The notes: generated from the letters alone by a model not told the origin. A stretch of DNA of 64,000 nt from Candidatus Pacearchaeota archaeon UBA73 (GCA_002496015.1 DAIF01000006.1:7403-71402), one strand, 5' to 3'; shown: positions 44,273-53,332, counted from the first letter of the stretch. Made by a program: numbers and translations.

Positions 44273-44719
44273 ATGAAGACAAAAGGACAGGCAGCGATGG
44301 AGTTCCTTATGACTTATGGTTGGGCTATTTTAGCCGCGATTATTGTCATCGGAGTTTTAGCTGTATATTTCCGACCAGGCCAGACAATTTCCGACCAAGT
44401 GATTGTGGGCGCACCGTTTTATGGCGTCGGCGCAGTCGTCGGGGCAGACCAAGTTCAGGTGGAGGTTAGAAATAACGGTGGGGAAGACCTGAGAATTACG
44501 GCTGCAGCATTGAGTTTTAACACTCCTGATAGCGCACTTTGTGGTGCTGGAGCAGGTATCGGAGATATTGCTGCCGGAGCATCTCGAATCTTAACTTTTG
44601 CAGATTGCGACGGTTTAACCGGAGGAAGTACAGTCAATGCTGATATAGCCATCTCTTACGAGAGACCTGGAAGCGAATTGACTTTAACCTCTACGGGTTC
44701 GGTCACTGGTTCAGCATAA
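44273..44719 (+). CDS. candidate major archaeal type IV pilin (class III signal peptide KGQ|AAMEFL)
   Basis: MKTKGQAAMEFLMTYGWAILAAIIVIGVLAV matches the archaeal pilin (DUF361-type) signal KGQ-x-x-x-EF. Gly/Ala/Val-rich, 148 aa, with a perfect GGAGGT RBS. Confidence 0.65.
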   Translation: MKTKGQAAMEFLMTYGWAILAAIIVIGVLAVYFRPGQTISDQVIVGAPFYGVGAVVGADQVQVEVRNNGGEDLRITAAALSFNTPDSALCGAGAGIGDIAAGASRILTFADCDGLTGGSTVNADIAISYERPGSELTLTSTGSVTGSA

Positions 44720-44810
44720 AACTAATTTGTTTTTTATTTTTTATTTATTGGAAAGAAGCCAATGAAATGAGGCACAAAAAGTATAAAAAGTAGTTCTATT
44801 TGAATTTTTT

Positions 44811-45101
44811 ATGAGTGAAAAATTATCTGAGATTAAGCCGAAGATTGTTGCAGTGTTGAGAAAACACGGGATAACTAAGGCAGGCATCTTCGGTAGTTAT
44901 GCAACTGGGAAACAGAATAAATCGAGCGACATTGATATTTTGATAGATGTGAACGGGCTGAATTTCAGCTTGTTTGATTTGGTTGGGCTGGAGCAGGAGC
45001 TTGAGGAAGAGATTGGAATGAAAGTTGATTTATTGACTTACAACAGTCTGAATCGGCTGTTGAAGAAGAGGATTCTTGCGGAGGAGATTAGGGTAATATG
45101 A
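44811..45101 (+). CDS. mntA: minimal nucleotidyltransferase (MntA-like antitoxin)
   Basis: GIFGSYATGKQNKSSDIDILIDV (GS...SD.D NTase motif). Confidence 0.75.
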   Translation: MSEKLSEIKPKIVAVLRKHGITKAGIFGSYATGKQNKSSDIDILIDVNGLNFSLFDLVGLEQELEEEIGMKVDLLTYNSLNRLLKKRILAEEIRVI

Positions 45102-45436
45102 AAATTCCGACGGTCTTTCTTGAGTACATTGTTGAGAGCATAGAAATTATCGAGGGGTATTGTTTAGGGGTTGATGAAAAGAAGTTTATGTCTGACCAGA
45201 AGCTTCAGGATGCGGTCGTTAGGAGAATTGAAATAATTGGTGAGGCTGCAAAAAATGTTCCAGATGATTTTAGAGGGGCTTATCCAGAGGTTCCGTGGAA
45301 AAAAATGTCCGGGACAAGGGATAAAATAACGCATCATTATTTTGGGATAGATTTGGAGTTGACTTTTCGAATAGTTCAAGAGGAGTTGCCTAAATTGAAA
45401 AAACAAATAAAGGAGATTCTAAAAAATGAGCGATAA
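45098..45436 (+). CDS. hepT: HEPN/DUF86 toxin (HepT-like)
   Basis: R-x4-HxY motif RDKITHHY. ATGA overlap with the upstream MNT gene. Confidence 0.75.
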   Translation: MKIPTVFLEYIVESIEIIEGYCLGVDEKKFMSDQKLQDAVVRRIEIIGEAAKNVPDDFRGAYPEVPWKKMSGTRDKITHHYFGIDLELTFRIVQEELPKLKKQIKEILKNER

Positions 45437-45764
45437 AATTCCTTACAGTGATTTTGCGAAGTTGGATTTGCGAGTCGGGGAAATAAAAAGTGTTGAGGCG
45501 CATCCGAATGCGGACAAGCTTTATGTGATGAAAGTTGACTTGGGTGAAGGAGAAGACCGGACGATTGTTGCAGGATTGAGGAAATATTATTCTGTTGAGG
45601 AGCTGGTGGGCAAGAAAGCGATTTTTGTTGCGAATCTTGAGCCGGCGGTTTTGAGGGGGGTTGAGAGCAATGGCATGATTTTGGCGGCGGTTTCAGAGGA
45701 TCATTCTGAGGTGAAGATATTGAAAATAGACGGAGAGATGGAGTCCGGGACTAGGATTAGTTAG
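45426..45764 (+). CDS. tRNA-binding domain protein (Trbp111/CsaA-like, MetRS C-terminal-domain fold)
   Basis: FAKLDLRVGEIKSVEAHPNADKLYVMKVDLGEGEDRTIVAGL is the classic OB-fold tRNA-binding domain. Confidence 0.75.
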   Translation: MSDKIPYSDFAKLDLRVGEIKSVEAHPNADKLYVMKVDLGEGEDRTIVAGLRKYYSVEELVGKKAIFVANLEPAVLRGVESNGMILAAVSEDHSEVKILKIDGEMESGTRIS

Positions 45765-45768
45765 TTTT

Positions 45769-46095
45769 ATGCGCTCGGATGACGAGGACAGGAGTTTAAT
45801 CGGAAGGGTTTTTGGTAGATTATTTTTTGCAGATAGGGTGTTGTCTATGCGGACCCGAGCATTGGTTTGTGACAAAGAAGAACTTGTTGAACTCGTTGAG
45901 TTAGGTGATGATATGTTTGAAGACTGGGGGTTTGTTCGCCGTCTGCAGAGAAGGTATGACTCTGGTGTGAAAAGCCGATTTTATGCTTTGAGTTCGCGAG
46001 ATGCAAGGCATCGGTATGATAAAGCTTGGCATTATTTAGGTTTTATTCTTAAAGAAAATAAGGATTATATTCGGGCGGTGCGGGAACTGTTTTAG
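45769..46095 (+). CDS. hypothetical protein
   Basis: 108-aa ORF with no recognisable motifs. Confidence 0.35.
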   Translation: MRSDDEDRSLIGRVFGRLFFADRVLSMRTRALVCDKEELVELVELGDDMFEDWGFVRRLQRRYDSGVKSRFYALSSRDARHRYDKAWHYLGFILKENKDYIRAVRELF

Positions 46096-46354
46096 GATCC
46101 TATTGAAAATCTTTTGAAATGTCGGCTATCATTTACCTGTTGCGTAGCAAACTAATTTGGTGGGCGTAGGTTTTGTGTAAACTTCCTTACTACGCGAGTC
46201 GGGATAATAAACGCAATCTTGCTTACTGGAAAATTGGATGCCTGACTTTGCGGCGGCATCGAAGAATATGTAATTTCGTTTATTGGAAATTGGACGCGCA
46301 GTTTCTCACAGAGTCTTTGTGAGTCAAATTTGTAGACAACTTTTTCAACAGAGC
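46095..46354. repeat. degenerate MITE-like element (subtype 2 core)
   Basis: 5' end GGATCCTATTGAAAATCTTTTGAAATGTCGGC, a degenerate TIR plus module A start. Core has AAATTGGATGCC / AAATTGGACGCGCAG. 3' end CTTTTTCAACAGAGC at about 46354, adjacent to the minD stop. Confidence 0.45.
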
Positions 46355-46358
46355 AGTT

Positions 46359-47117
46359 TTAATATCTTCTTAGAAGTTTATCGAAGAAACTAGGGCGTTC
46401 GTTGTATTCAATTCCTTCTAGTTTTGCAGCAATTCTTTTGTAAGCAAGAGCCGGGCGGGATTTTGGAAATGTGTGCACGAGCGCGTCTTTCATAACAAGG
46501 GATTGCTGTACGCGTTCGTCTTCAGGAACGACGCCGAGAATCGGAAGTTCTAACATTTCAGAAATATTTTTTAAGGGCATTTGGGTTTTTGATCTTGGGT
46601 TGACTCTGGTGACGATGACGCCTCTGATCTGTTTTCCGAGTTGTTCAATAAGCTTTGAAGTCTTAAGCGCGTCAGTAACTGCGGGGATTTCAGGATTTGT
46701 CACTATAATCAGTTCGTCTGCAGATTCCATTGCAGTAATCGCTTCTTCTCCGAGTCCTGCCGCGGAGTCAAAAATTACGATGTCAGCCATTTTTCTTAGT
46801 TTTTTGCCGACTTCTTTTAGCCTCTTGTGATTTATTCTGCGGAGTTCGTTGACGGAAAGAGAGGAAGGAATTATTTTTGTGCCAGATTCGTGTTCATAGA
46901 TTGCATCTTCAATCTTGGCTTTTCCCAGCAGAACGTGATTGAGGCTGATTGGGACTATGGGTGCTCCCAGATGGAGACCTACATTAGGAGTGGTCAAGTT
47001 CGCATCGACAATAATCGCATCCTTCCCAAACGAGTTGAGGGCTGTTGCGAGATTAATTGATGTCGTTGTTTTTCCCACGCCACCCTTACCGGATGTAATA
47101 GTTATTAGTTTGCTCAT
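46359..47117 (-). CDS. minD: MinD/ParA-family P-loop ATPase
   Basis: Deviant Walker A SGKGGVGKTT and MinD-like length of 252 aa. Confidence 0.8.
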   Translation of the reverse strand: MSKLITITSGKGGVGKTTTSINLATALNSFGKDAIIVDANLTTPNVGLHLGAPIVPISLNHVLLGKAKIEDAIYEHESGTKIIPSSLSVNELRRINHKRLKEVGKKLRKMADIVIFDSAAGLGEEAITAMESADELIIVTNPEIPAVTDALKTSKLIEQLGKQIRGVIVTRVNPRSKTQMPLKNISEMLELPILGVVPEDERVQQSLVMKDALVHTFPKSRPALAYKRIAAKLEGIEYNERPSFFDKLLRRY

Positions 47118-47153
47118 TTTGTGTGCCGCTATTTAATTGTGAAGTAGAACAAA

Positions 47154-47708
47154 TTATTTGATATAGCTTATAAACCTTTCTAGCGTCGCTGCGTAGTCTT
47201 TGAGTTGATTTAGATTTATATTGATGACCTTGCCTTTGAATGTGACTTTCAGGTTCACTCCTTTGCGAAACTCGTTCTCTCGGACTTTTTCCAGTTTGTT
47301 AATGTCGCGGAATAATTCGTAGAGCTCCAGCGCGTCCATGACTTCCGGTACTTTTGCATATATCTGCTTTAGTTGTATGAGTTTTGCGAGCGGGGCTTCT
47401 GGGACCTGCTTCCACTTTTTGTCTTTTTTTGCTTTTGCGACTAGTCTGTCTGTGCCTTGTTCGATCATATTCTTCCAGCGAGAGAGAAGGTTTATGATAA
47501 CGTCACAAGTTTTTGTATACTTCAAACTGACATAGAGAAGGTGGTCAGCACTAATCTTTTCTTTTATTATTGCCTCCATTAAAAAGATGTGTCTACGAAA
47601 AGTCCATTTTAGGTAATGTAAGCTAAGCGGGGGCTCTTTAAATATCTTTCTAGGTGTATGTTCTGTTTGGAATTTTGAGTTGTTAGTTCTGTTAAAAATC
47701 ATTGGCAA
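47154..47708 (-). CDS. hypothetical helical protein upstream of minD
   Basis: Probably starts at the internal Met (MEAIIKEK...). No motif recognised. Confidence 0.35.
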   Translation of the reverse strand: MPMIFNRTNNSKFQTEHTPRKIFKEPPLSLHYLKWTFRRHIFLMEAIIKEKISADHLLYVSLKYTKTCDVIINLLSRWKNMIEQGTDRLVAKAKKDKKWKQVPEAPLAKLIQLKQIYAKVPEVMDALELYELFRDINKLEKVRENEFRKGVNLKVTFKGKVININLNQLKDYAATLERFISYIK

Positions 47709-47847
47709 TAAGTTGGTTGGGTTTCATTAATAAAAAGCATCGCAGGTTTAGGAATGTTACTTGGTCGGCTTTCAGCCCCTGTAAGACAGCGAAACCTACC
47801 GAAAAGATTTTTAACAAGCCTAATCAATTTATAAACTTAGAATAATT

Positions 47848-48612
47848 TTGATGAGGATGAAAAAAAGAGGGTTAAGCAACGTGATTGCAACTGTTTTAAT
47901 AATCTTTTTAGTTTTACTTGGAATAATCTTGGTTTGGGTTTACTTTAATTCTTCAATTACACAATCTTCAGAAAGAATCGAAATGCAGGAAAGATGTTAT
48001 GCGCTGGATACTGAATTACAAAGTTGCGAATATGGGAAATTACAAGATATCATTTTTGTCTCAGGTTTAGTAAAACACAAACGGGGAAGCCCTACAAACA
48101 TCAGACTGGCTTTCTACGCGGAAGATGGTTCATCTGTAATAAGGGATTTACAACCAATTGAAGTTTTAGAATCAAAAAAGATTCTGCCTCCGACAAGAAT
48201 GACCGGTATTCCGGTATATGCTATTGCCTCTCCGATAGTTTACAGCCGCGATGAATCTGGAAATCTTGTTTGTCCAATTTCCAAAAAAATGATTTGTAAC
48301 GAAGTAGCTATCCCGGGAAACCTCTGTGAAATTCCGACCTCTGTAGAAGACATTGGTCCTTTTGTTATAGCCCTGACACAACCTCTAAACTACACTATGC
48401 AATTTCCAAATTGTCCTAAAAACAGCGCGGATTTTAATTGCGATGGTGAAGTTAACATTTTTGATATTGATAAATTCGTTACAGTTATAGAATCAGGATG
48501 GGTTTTATGCAATCAATCAATGATTTGCGATTACGATCCTGCTCCGGGGAACCAATCTTGTTGGGACTCGCCGGAAAGCTTGCAATATTGTAACACAACA
48601 CTTTGTGTTTAA
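47848..48612 (+). CDS. cysteine-rich pilin-like protein (KKRG|LSNVIATVLIIFLVLLG)
   Basis: Class-III-like signal and 16 Cys in the exported domain. Confidence 0.5.
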   Translation: MMRMKKRGLSNVIATVLIIFLVLLGIILVWVYFNSSITQSSERIEMQERCYALDTELQSCEYGKLQDIIFVSGLVKHKRGSPTNIRLAFYAEDGSSVIRDLQPIEVLESKKILPPTRMTGIPVYAIASPIVYSRDESGNLVCPISKKMICNEVAIPGNLCEIPTSVEDIGPFVIALTQPLNYTMQFPNCPKNSADFNCDGEVNIFDIDKFVTVIESGWVLCNQSMICDYDPAPGNQSCWDSPESLQYCNTTLCV

Positions 48613-48861
48613 TTACTTCTTAACGGATTTAGAAATCAAATCAAGATCTTTCTTGATTGCTTTGATTGCATTAGAGACATCCTTCCTGACATCTTTGCTC
48701 TGAATTTTCATAACCACTGGCCTGTCAGGGTGTTCTCTTTTCCAAGCCACAAAATCAACTCCTTCTTTATTCAAGTAAACCCTTAGGATTTCTACAAGGG
48801 TAACATCATTAGTTTTCACCTCAACATCAGTTTTTTCGTGCTTTATAATTTCCATTTCCAT
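48613..48861 (-). CDS. rpoL: DNA-directed RNA polymerase subunit L (Rpb11 homologue)
   Basis: 82 aa. MEMEIIKHEKTDVEV...NDVTLVEILRVYL...HP resembles the RpoL consensus (E.E.H.T.GN.LR..L...V.FAGY...HP). Confidence 0.55.
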   Translation of the reverse strand: MEMEIIKHEKTDVEVKTNDVTLVEILRVYLNKEGVDFVAWKREHPDRPVVMKIQSKDVRKDVSNAIKAIKKDLDLISKSVKK

Positions 48862-48917
48862 ATTTATTACTCTCGAACACGGTTTTTAAATCTTTCTCGT
48901 TGTTCGGGTTCAGCCAA

Positions 48918-48992
48918 CGGACCCGACAGGATTTGAACCTGCGACCTACGGATTAGAAGTCCGTCGCTCTATCCAAACTGAGCTACGGGTCC
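48918..48992 (-). tRNA. tRNA-Arg (anticodon TCT)
   Basis: Manually folded cloverleaf: GGACCCG acceptor, GCTC/GAGC D-stem, ACGGA-CTTCTAA-TCCGT anticodon arm, GCAGG-TTCAAAT-CCTGT T-arm. No encoded CCA. Confidence 0.75.
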
Positions 48993-49073
48993 ATAAGGTA
49001 AGGACAAGAAGTTCCTTTTTAAGTATATCTCCCAACAATATCTTTAAATAACATTTGCCTTTTGCTAAGCCAT

Positions 49074-49184
49074 GCACGGATGGCGAAATCGAAACGAAGT
49101 TTCTCAATCGCCATCTTCAAACAACGCACGGATGGCGAAAAGCAAAACGCAAAACGTTTTTCATGCTCGCCATCTTTAGACCCT
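49074..49184 (+). repeat. two tandem ~52-59-bp hairpin repeats, each beginning with the first 14 nt of tRNA-Cys (GCACGGATGGCGAA)
   Basis: Repeat 1 starts at 49074 and repeat 2 at 49126. In each, GATGGCGA pairs with TCGCCATC downstream to give an 8-bp stem and a 21-28-nt loop. They lie immediately upstream of tRNA-Cys. Confidence 0.6.
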
Positions 49185-49257
49185 GCACGGATGGCGAAGT
49201 GGTTAACGCGCTCGGCTGCAGCCCGAGTATCCCCCGGTTCGAACCCGGGTCCGTGCT
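49185..49257 (+). tRNA. tRNA-Cys (anticodon GCA)
   Basis: GCACGGA acceptor, CTCGG-CTGCAGC-CCGAG anticodon arm, CCCGG-TTCGAAC-CCGGG T-arm, TCCGTGC 3' acceptor. No encoded CCA. Confidence 0.75.
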
Positions 49258-49543
49258 TAACTTAAAATGGTTGAAATAAGCCCAGAAGAATTCAGAGAAG
49301 AAAGAATGAGTCATAATGGCGTCGAAGAATATTTTAGATAGATAGGCGAAAATCCTGAGAGATTTCAACCAATTCACTTATCCGTTGCTTACGTCCGTGC
49401 AGGTAACGACGACGCTAGAATCCGCGACACAGAACTAAAACTTGCCAGAGAAGCCATGGCTAAAAATGTGAGTATGTAACAAACATAGATTACTGCGGAC
49501 ATTGCATCGCAGCCACAGGTCAGAAACCTAGAAACTCATGATA

Positions 49544-49883
49544 GGCTCTGTTGAAAATCTTTCCGAAATGTCTGTCTGCGCCCACCCGCTCGGATAGTCT
49601 GATTTGCTTCGCAAATCAATAATTGATAGCAGACATTTCGAGTTTTGCGCAGGTTTCGGATTCCCACTTCGGATTCTCCTGCGGAGAAAACCCCCCCTTT
49701 CCACCTCTCCGCCCTTCGCCCCAAATTCTAGTAAACCTGCATGCATGCGCAGCCCAATCTGAGCGGGTGGCGAGCGCACTTCGCACTAGTAAATTAAGCA
49801 AAGATTGATTGCGTTCGGGGTAGCGAGCAGGGGCGCAAGCGCGACAAATTCAGCTGCGCATTTAAGACTTTTTCAACAGAGCC
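49544..49883. mobile_element. MITE-like element copy 4 (module A hairpin plus extended 3' module)
   Basis: GGCTCTGTTGAAAATCTTTCCGAAATGTCTG... at 49544 and ...GACTTTTTCAACAGAGCC at 49883. Long-range inverted repeat CCCACCCGCTC / GAGCGGGTGG inside. Confidence 0.6.
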
Positions 49884-49943
49884 CCCATAATAAATAACTT
49901 TATAACCCCTTATTTCTTAAATAAATTACCAAAGGAGGATGCA

Positions 49944-50138
49944 ATGGCAATCCAAGGATACAGCGTAAAAGCAAAGAAGAAAGTAGACATCCAAGACCCT
50001 GTTGTAGAAAAGACTGCGAAAGGCGGCTACATAGCAAAAGGAAAATGCCCTGAAACAGGCATAACAGTCTGTGCAATGATGTCTGAAGAAAACGCAAATA
50101 AGGCCATCCAGGCCGGCGAAGCAAAGAAAGGTTTCTAA
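49944..50138 (+). CDS. 64-aa basic small protein (possible SH3-like nucleic-acid-binding protein)
   Basis: Strong RBS AAAGGAGGATGCAATG. Lys-rich beta-type sequence KAKKKVDIQDPVVEKTAKGGYIAKGKCPETG. The fold assignment is speculative. Confidence 0.4.
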   Translation: MAIQGYSVKAKKKVDIQDPVVEKTAKGGYIAKGKCPETGITVCAMMSEENANKAIQAGEAKKGF

Positions 50139-50171
50139 CCTACCAGTTTATTTTTTCACTAATTTTAAATA

Positions 50172-51725
50172 TTGGCATTTCTAGAATCTAGGATGTCAAA
50201 CCACCAAAAAGAAGATACACAAGAAAGAGAATTTCTCTCATTTATTAAAGAAGCCGGGCTTGTTTGGGGTCCATCTCCCGAAATCTACGGCGGCTTCGCT
50301 GGTTTTTACGAATACGGACCATTAGGCAAGTTACTAAAAAACAAAGTCGAGAATTCCATAAGAAGAGTATTTAACTCCCAAGGATTGAGAGAAGTAGAAG
50401 CCCCGACGATTTTGCCAGATGTTGTCTGGAAAGCCTCAGGTCATCTTGAGACATTTCAGGATAGGATAATAAAATGTTCGAAATGCAAATCTGCTTTTCG
50501 TGCTGATAAACTCATCGAAGAAAAACACGACGTTCCAGCTGACTCGTTCTCAGATAAAAAAATCCTTGATTTTATAGAAGAACACGATATTAAATGCCCT
50601 AGCTGTAAGGGTCTTCTCGAAAAAAACATCGAACAGCAAAGCCTCATGATGAAAACAAAAGTCGCCGGCGAAGACGCTTCTCTCCGCCCCGAAACCGCTA
50701 CAACAACTTATCTCCCTTACCAAAGATTCGTCTCTTACTTCCGAAAAAGACTTCCATTCGGCGTTTTCCAAATCGGTAAGGCATATCGAAATGAAATCTC
50801 TCCCCGGCAGCACGTCCTTCGCGGCCGCGAATTCACCCAAGCCGAAGGCCAAATCTTCCTCGATCCAAAAACAAAAAATAATTGGGAAAAGTACCCCGCG
50901 ATTGCCAAAGAAATCCTCCCGTTCTGGGATTATAAAAGCCAGGAAAAAAACGCCCAAGTCAAACCAATCTCCATCGAAGAAGCTCTAAAAAAGAAATTCA
51001 TAAACTCTCAGGCTTACGGCTGGTGCATTTATCTTGCTTACACACAATTTGTAAAGTTCGGAATCCCAAAAGAAAAAATCAGACTCAGACAGCACCATCC
51101 GGACGAAAAGGCATTCTATGCCGATGACGCTTGGGATATCGAAGTGAAATTAGAAAATTATGGCTGGTTCGAAATGTGCGGAGTCCACGACCGAACAGAC
51201 TACGATCTAAAACAACACGCAAAATTTTCCGGTCAAAAACTGGAATTCAAAAACGAAGCAGGTGAAACATTCGTTCCTCACATTCTGGAAATCGCGTTCG
51301 GCTCAGACCGTCCCACTTACGCACTTATGGATTTATTCTACGAAAAGAAAGCTGAAGGCGAGGGCAAAACAACTTTCTCAATCCCTTATCACATGGCTCC
51401 GATAGACGTCTCAGTCTTTCCCTTGATAAAAAAACCCGAACTGATAAAAGTTGCTCAAGGCGTTAAAGAAGAGCTGGAGCGCGACTTCATCGTTGATTAT
51501 GATGAGTCAGGAAGCATCGGCCGCCGCTATCTGCGCTCATCCACTCAAGGCACTCCCTTTGCAATCACAGTCGATTTCGACTCGATAGAAAAAAAGAGCG
51601 TTACAATCCGCGACCGTGATACAGAAAAACAAATCCGCGTCCCGGTCATCTCATTAAATCACGTTATCCGCCAGCTCATCAACGGCGACATTGAATTCGA
51701 ACGCGCTGGCGAGGTTGTAAAATAA
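50172..51725 (+). CDS. glyS: glycyl-tRNA synthetase, archaeal/eukaryotic alpha2 type
   Basis: EIYGGFAGFYEYGPLG class II motif region and a C-terminal anticodon-binding domain. Confidence 0.8.
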   Translation: MAFLESRMSNHQKEDTQEREFLSFIKEAGLVWGPSPEIYGGFAGFYEYGPLGKLLKNKVENSIRRVFNSQGLREVEAPTILPDVVWKASGHLETFQDRIIKCSKCKSAFRADKLIEEKHDVPADSFSDKKILDFIEEHDIKCPSCKGLLEKNIEQQSLMMKTKVAGEDASLRPETATTTYLPYQRFVSYFRKRLPFGVFQIGKAYRNEISPRQHVLRGREFTQAEGQIFLDPKTKNNWEKYPAIAKEILPFWDYKSQEKNAQVKPISIEEALKKKFINSQAYGWCIYLAYTQFVKFGIPKEKIRLRQHHPDEKAFYADDAWDIEVKLENYGWFEMCGVHDRTDYDLKQHAKFSGQKLEFKNEAGETFVPHILEIAFGSDRPTYALMDLFYEKKAEGEGKTTFSIPYHMAPIDVSVFPLIKKPELIKVAQGVKEELERDFIVDYDESGSIGRRYLRSSTQGTPFAITVDFDSIEKKSVTIRDRDTEKQIRVPVISLNHVIRQLINGDIEFERAGEVVK

Positions 51726-52010
51726 TGGAACTCCAAGACGCCATAAATTCTAGGCGCAGCATCAGAGCTTTCGAAAATAAAAAGTTCCAAAGAAGATAAT
51801 CCTCAAACTGATAGACAGCACAACTAAAGCTCCCTCGGCCTGCAACAGACAACCCGGGATCTATTGGAGTTATGGTCCTTACTGCAACTTGTGTAAAACT
51901 CTAATAAACAAACTTGATGACAACCTCTTTATCCCGGTTTTCGCTGGTTTCAACGGCCAAATCGTTCTAACAATTCTAAAGATTATTAATTAACTTTAAA
52001 TAAGTGCACT
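51726..52010 (+). pseudogene. degraded nitroreductase-family gene (multiple frameshifts/stops)
   Basis: The ATG follows the glyS stop and encodes MELQDAINSRRSIRAFENKKF, a canonical nitroreductase N-terminus, then a stop. A shifted frame encodes TKAPSACNRQPGIYW (compare APSAGNxQPW). No intact ORF remains. Confidence 0.5.
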
Positions 52011-52023
52011 TCTTAGAAATTGC

Positions 52024-52254
52024 ATGGCAGTTGAACTAGCCGGAATTTTGCTAATAATGTTGATAGTGCTCTTGATAGTAGCGATAGCAATTCTGGGCAC
52101 AGTCTTCTGGATATGGATGATAATCGACTGCGCAAAACGCGACTTCAAAAAAGACAATGACAAAGTCATCTGGATTCTTGTGATTGTCCTCCTCCAGCTC
52201 ATCGGGGCGATAATTTATTATTTCACTATAAAAAAATCCGACAAGAAGAAATAA
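52024..52254 (+). CDS. PLDc_N-family small membrane protein
   Basis: Two TM helices with WIWMIIDCAKRD between them. Confidence 0.6.
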   Translation: MAVELAGILLIMLIVLLIVAIAILGTVFWIWMIIDCAKRDFKKDNDKVIWILVIVLLQLIGAIIYYFTIKKSDKKK

Positions 52255-52257
52255 TTT

Positions 52258-53013
52258 ATGGAACAGATTTGGTTTTACTCCATTGCAAGTGTCTTGCTCG
52301 TTTCAATAGTTTCCTTAATCGGGATTCTTACACTTTCGCTTAAAACTAAAATCGTCCGCACAATTCTTATCTACCTAATCAGCTTTTCAGCCGGGACTCT
52401 CCTCGGCGACGCGTTCATTCACCTTCTTCCCGAGACCGTCGAAAACCACGGCTTGACTCTGAGTATTTCTCTTTATATTCTAACCGGAATAGTTATATTC
52501 TTTATCCTTGAAAAATTCATCCGCTGGCAGCACTGCCATGGCGCAATCACTGAAAAAGACCACATTCACCCGTTTGCTTATATCAATCTAGTAGGAGACG
52601 CACTTCATAACTTTCTTGACGGAATAATAATTGCTATTTCTTATATGATTTCAATGCCTGTAGGCATCGCAACAACCCTTGCTGTTTTGTTCCACGAAAT
52701 CCCTCAGGAAATAGGAGACTTTGGCGTCCTCCTCCACGGAGGATTCTCCCGTGGAAAAGCCCTTGCCCTTAACTTTCTCTCAGCTTTGGCGGCAGTACTC
52801 GGTGCTATCCTCACACTTTTGATGGGTAATTTGATTCAGAACCTAGAAGTCTTTCTAGTTCCAATCGCAATCGGTGGTTTCATTTACATAGCTTCTTCTG
52901 ACTTAATTCCGCAACTCCACAAACACTCTGATAAAATTAGTAAATCTCTGCTCCAACTTCTCGCATTTATAATTGGGATAGTTGTTATGGCTGCCCTCCT
53001 GTTTTTGGGATAA
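52258..53013 (+). CDS. zupT: ZIP-family metal (zinc) transporter
   Basis: HEIPQEIGDFGVLLHGG signature and 8 TM segments. Confidence 0.8.
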   Translation: MEQIWFYSIASVLLVSIVSLIGILTLSLKTKIVRTILIYLISFSAGTLLGDAFIHLLPETVENHGLTLSISLYILTGIVIFFILEKFIRWQHCHGAITEKDHIHPFAYINLVGDALHNFLDGIIIAISYMISMPVGIATTLAVLFHEIPQEIGDFGVLLHGGFSRGKALALNFLSALAAVLGAILTLLMGNLIQNLEVFLVPIAIGGFIYIASSDLIPQLHKHSDKISKSLLQLLAFIIGIVVMAALLFLG

Positions 53014-53041
53014 TTGTTATGGGCGAGGACAGAACGGTTGA

Positions 53042-53113
53042 TGGACCCGCCGAGAATCGAACTCGAATCTCCCGAATGCCATTCGGACATACTAACCGTT
53101 GTACTACGGGCCC
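53042..53113 (-). tRNA. tRNA-Ala (anticodon GGC)
   Basis: GGGCCCG acceptor with a G3:U70 wobble pair (Ala identity), anticodon arm TCCGA-ATGGCAT-TCGGG, T-loop TTCGATT. No encoded CCA. Confidence 0.7.
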
Positions 53114-53332
53114 TTTCTCCTTTCAAAAATTTTAGAGTTATAAATCTTCGCAACAAAACTGTTCTGTCCGGAATTGGTTTTTGGTGGAGCTTACTCTTTT
53201 AGGAGATCTCCCTACAATACTGCTCAAGTCTGGTGTCGAATATTTCTACTCGTCTCAGATTGGGCTTCAGATCGGGACTGGATTGCAAATGCTTAAAAAT
53301 AACGCTGTTTACATTATTTTAGGAGGTGAATC

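Noticed and set aside
49055-49279. Two overlapping 67-74-aa ORFs
   Set aside because: They span the hairpin repeats and the tRNA-Cys gene, so they are not protein-coding.
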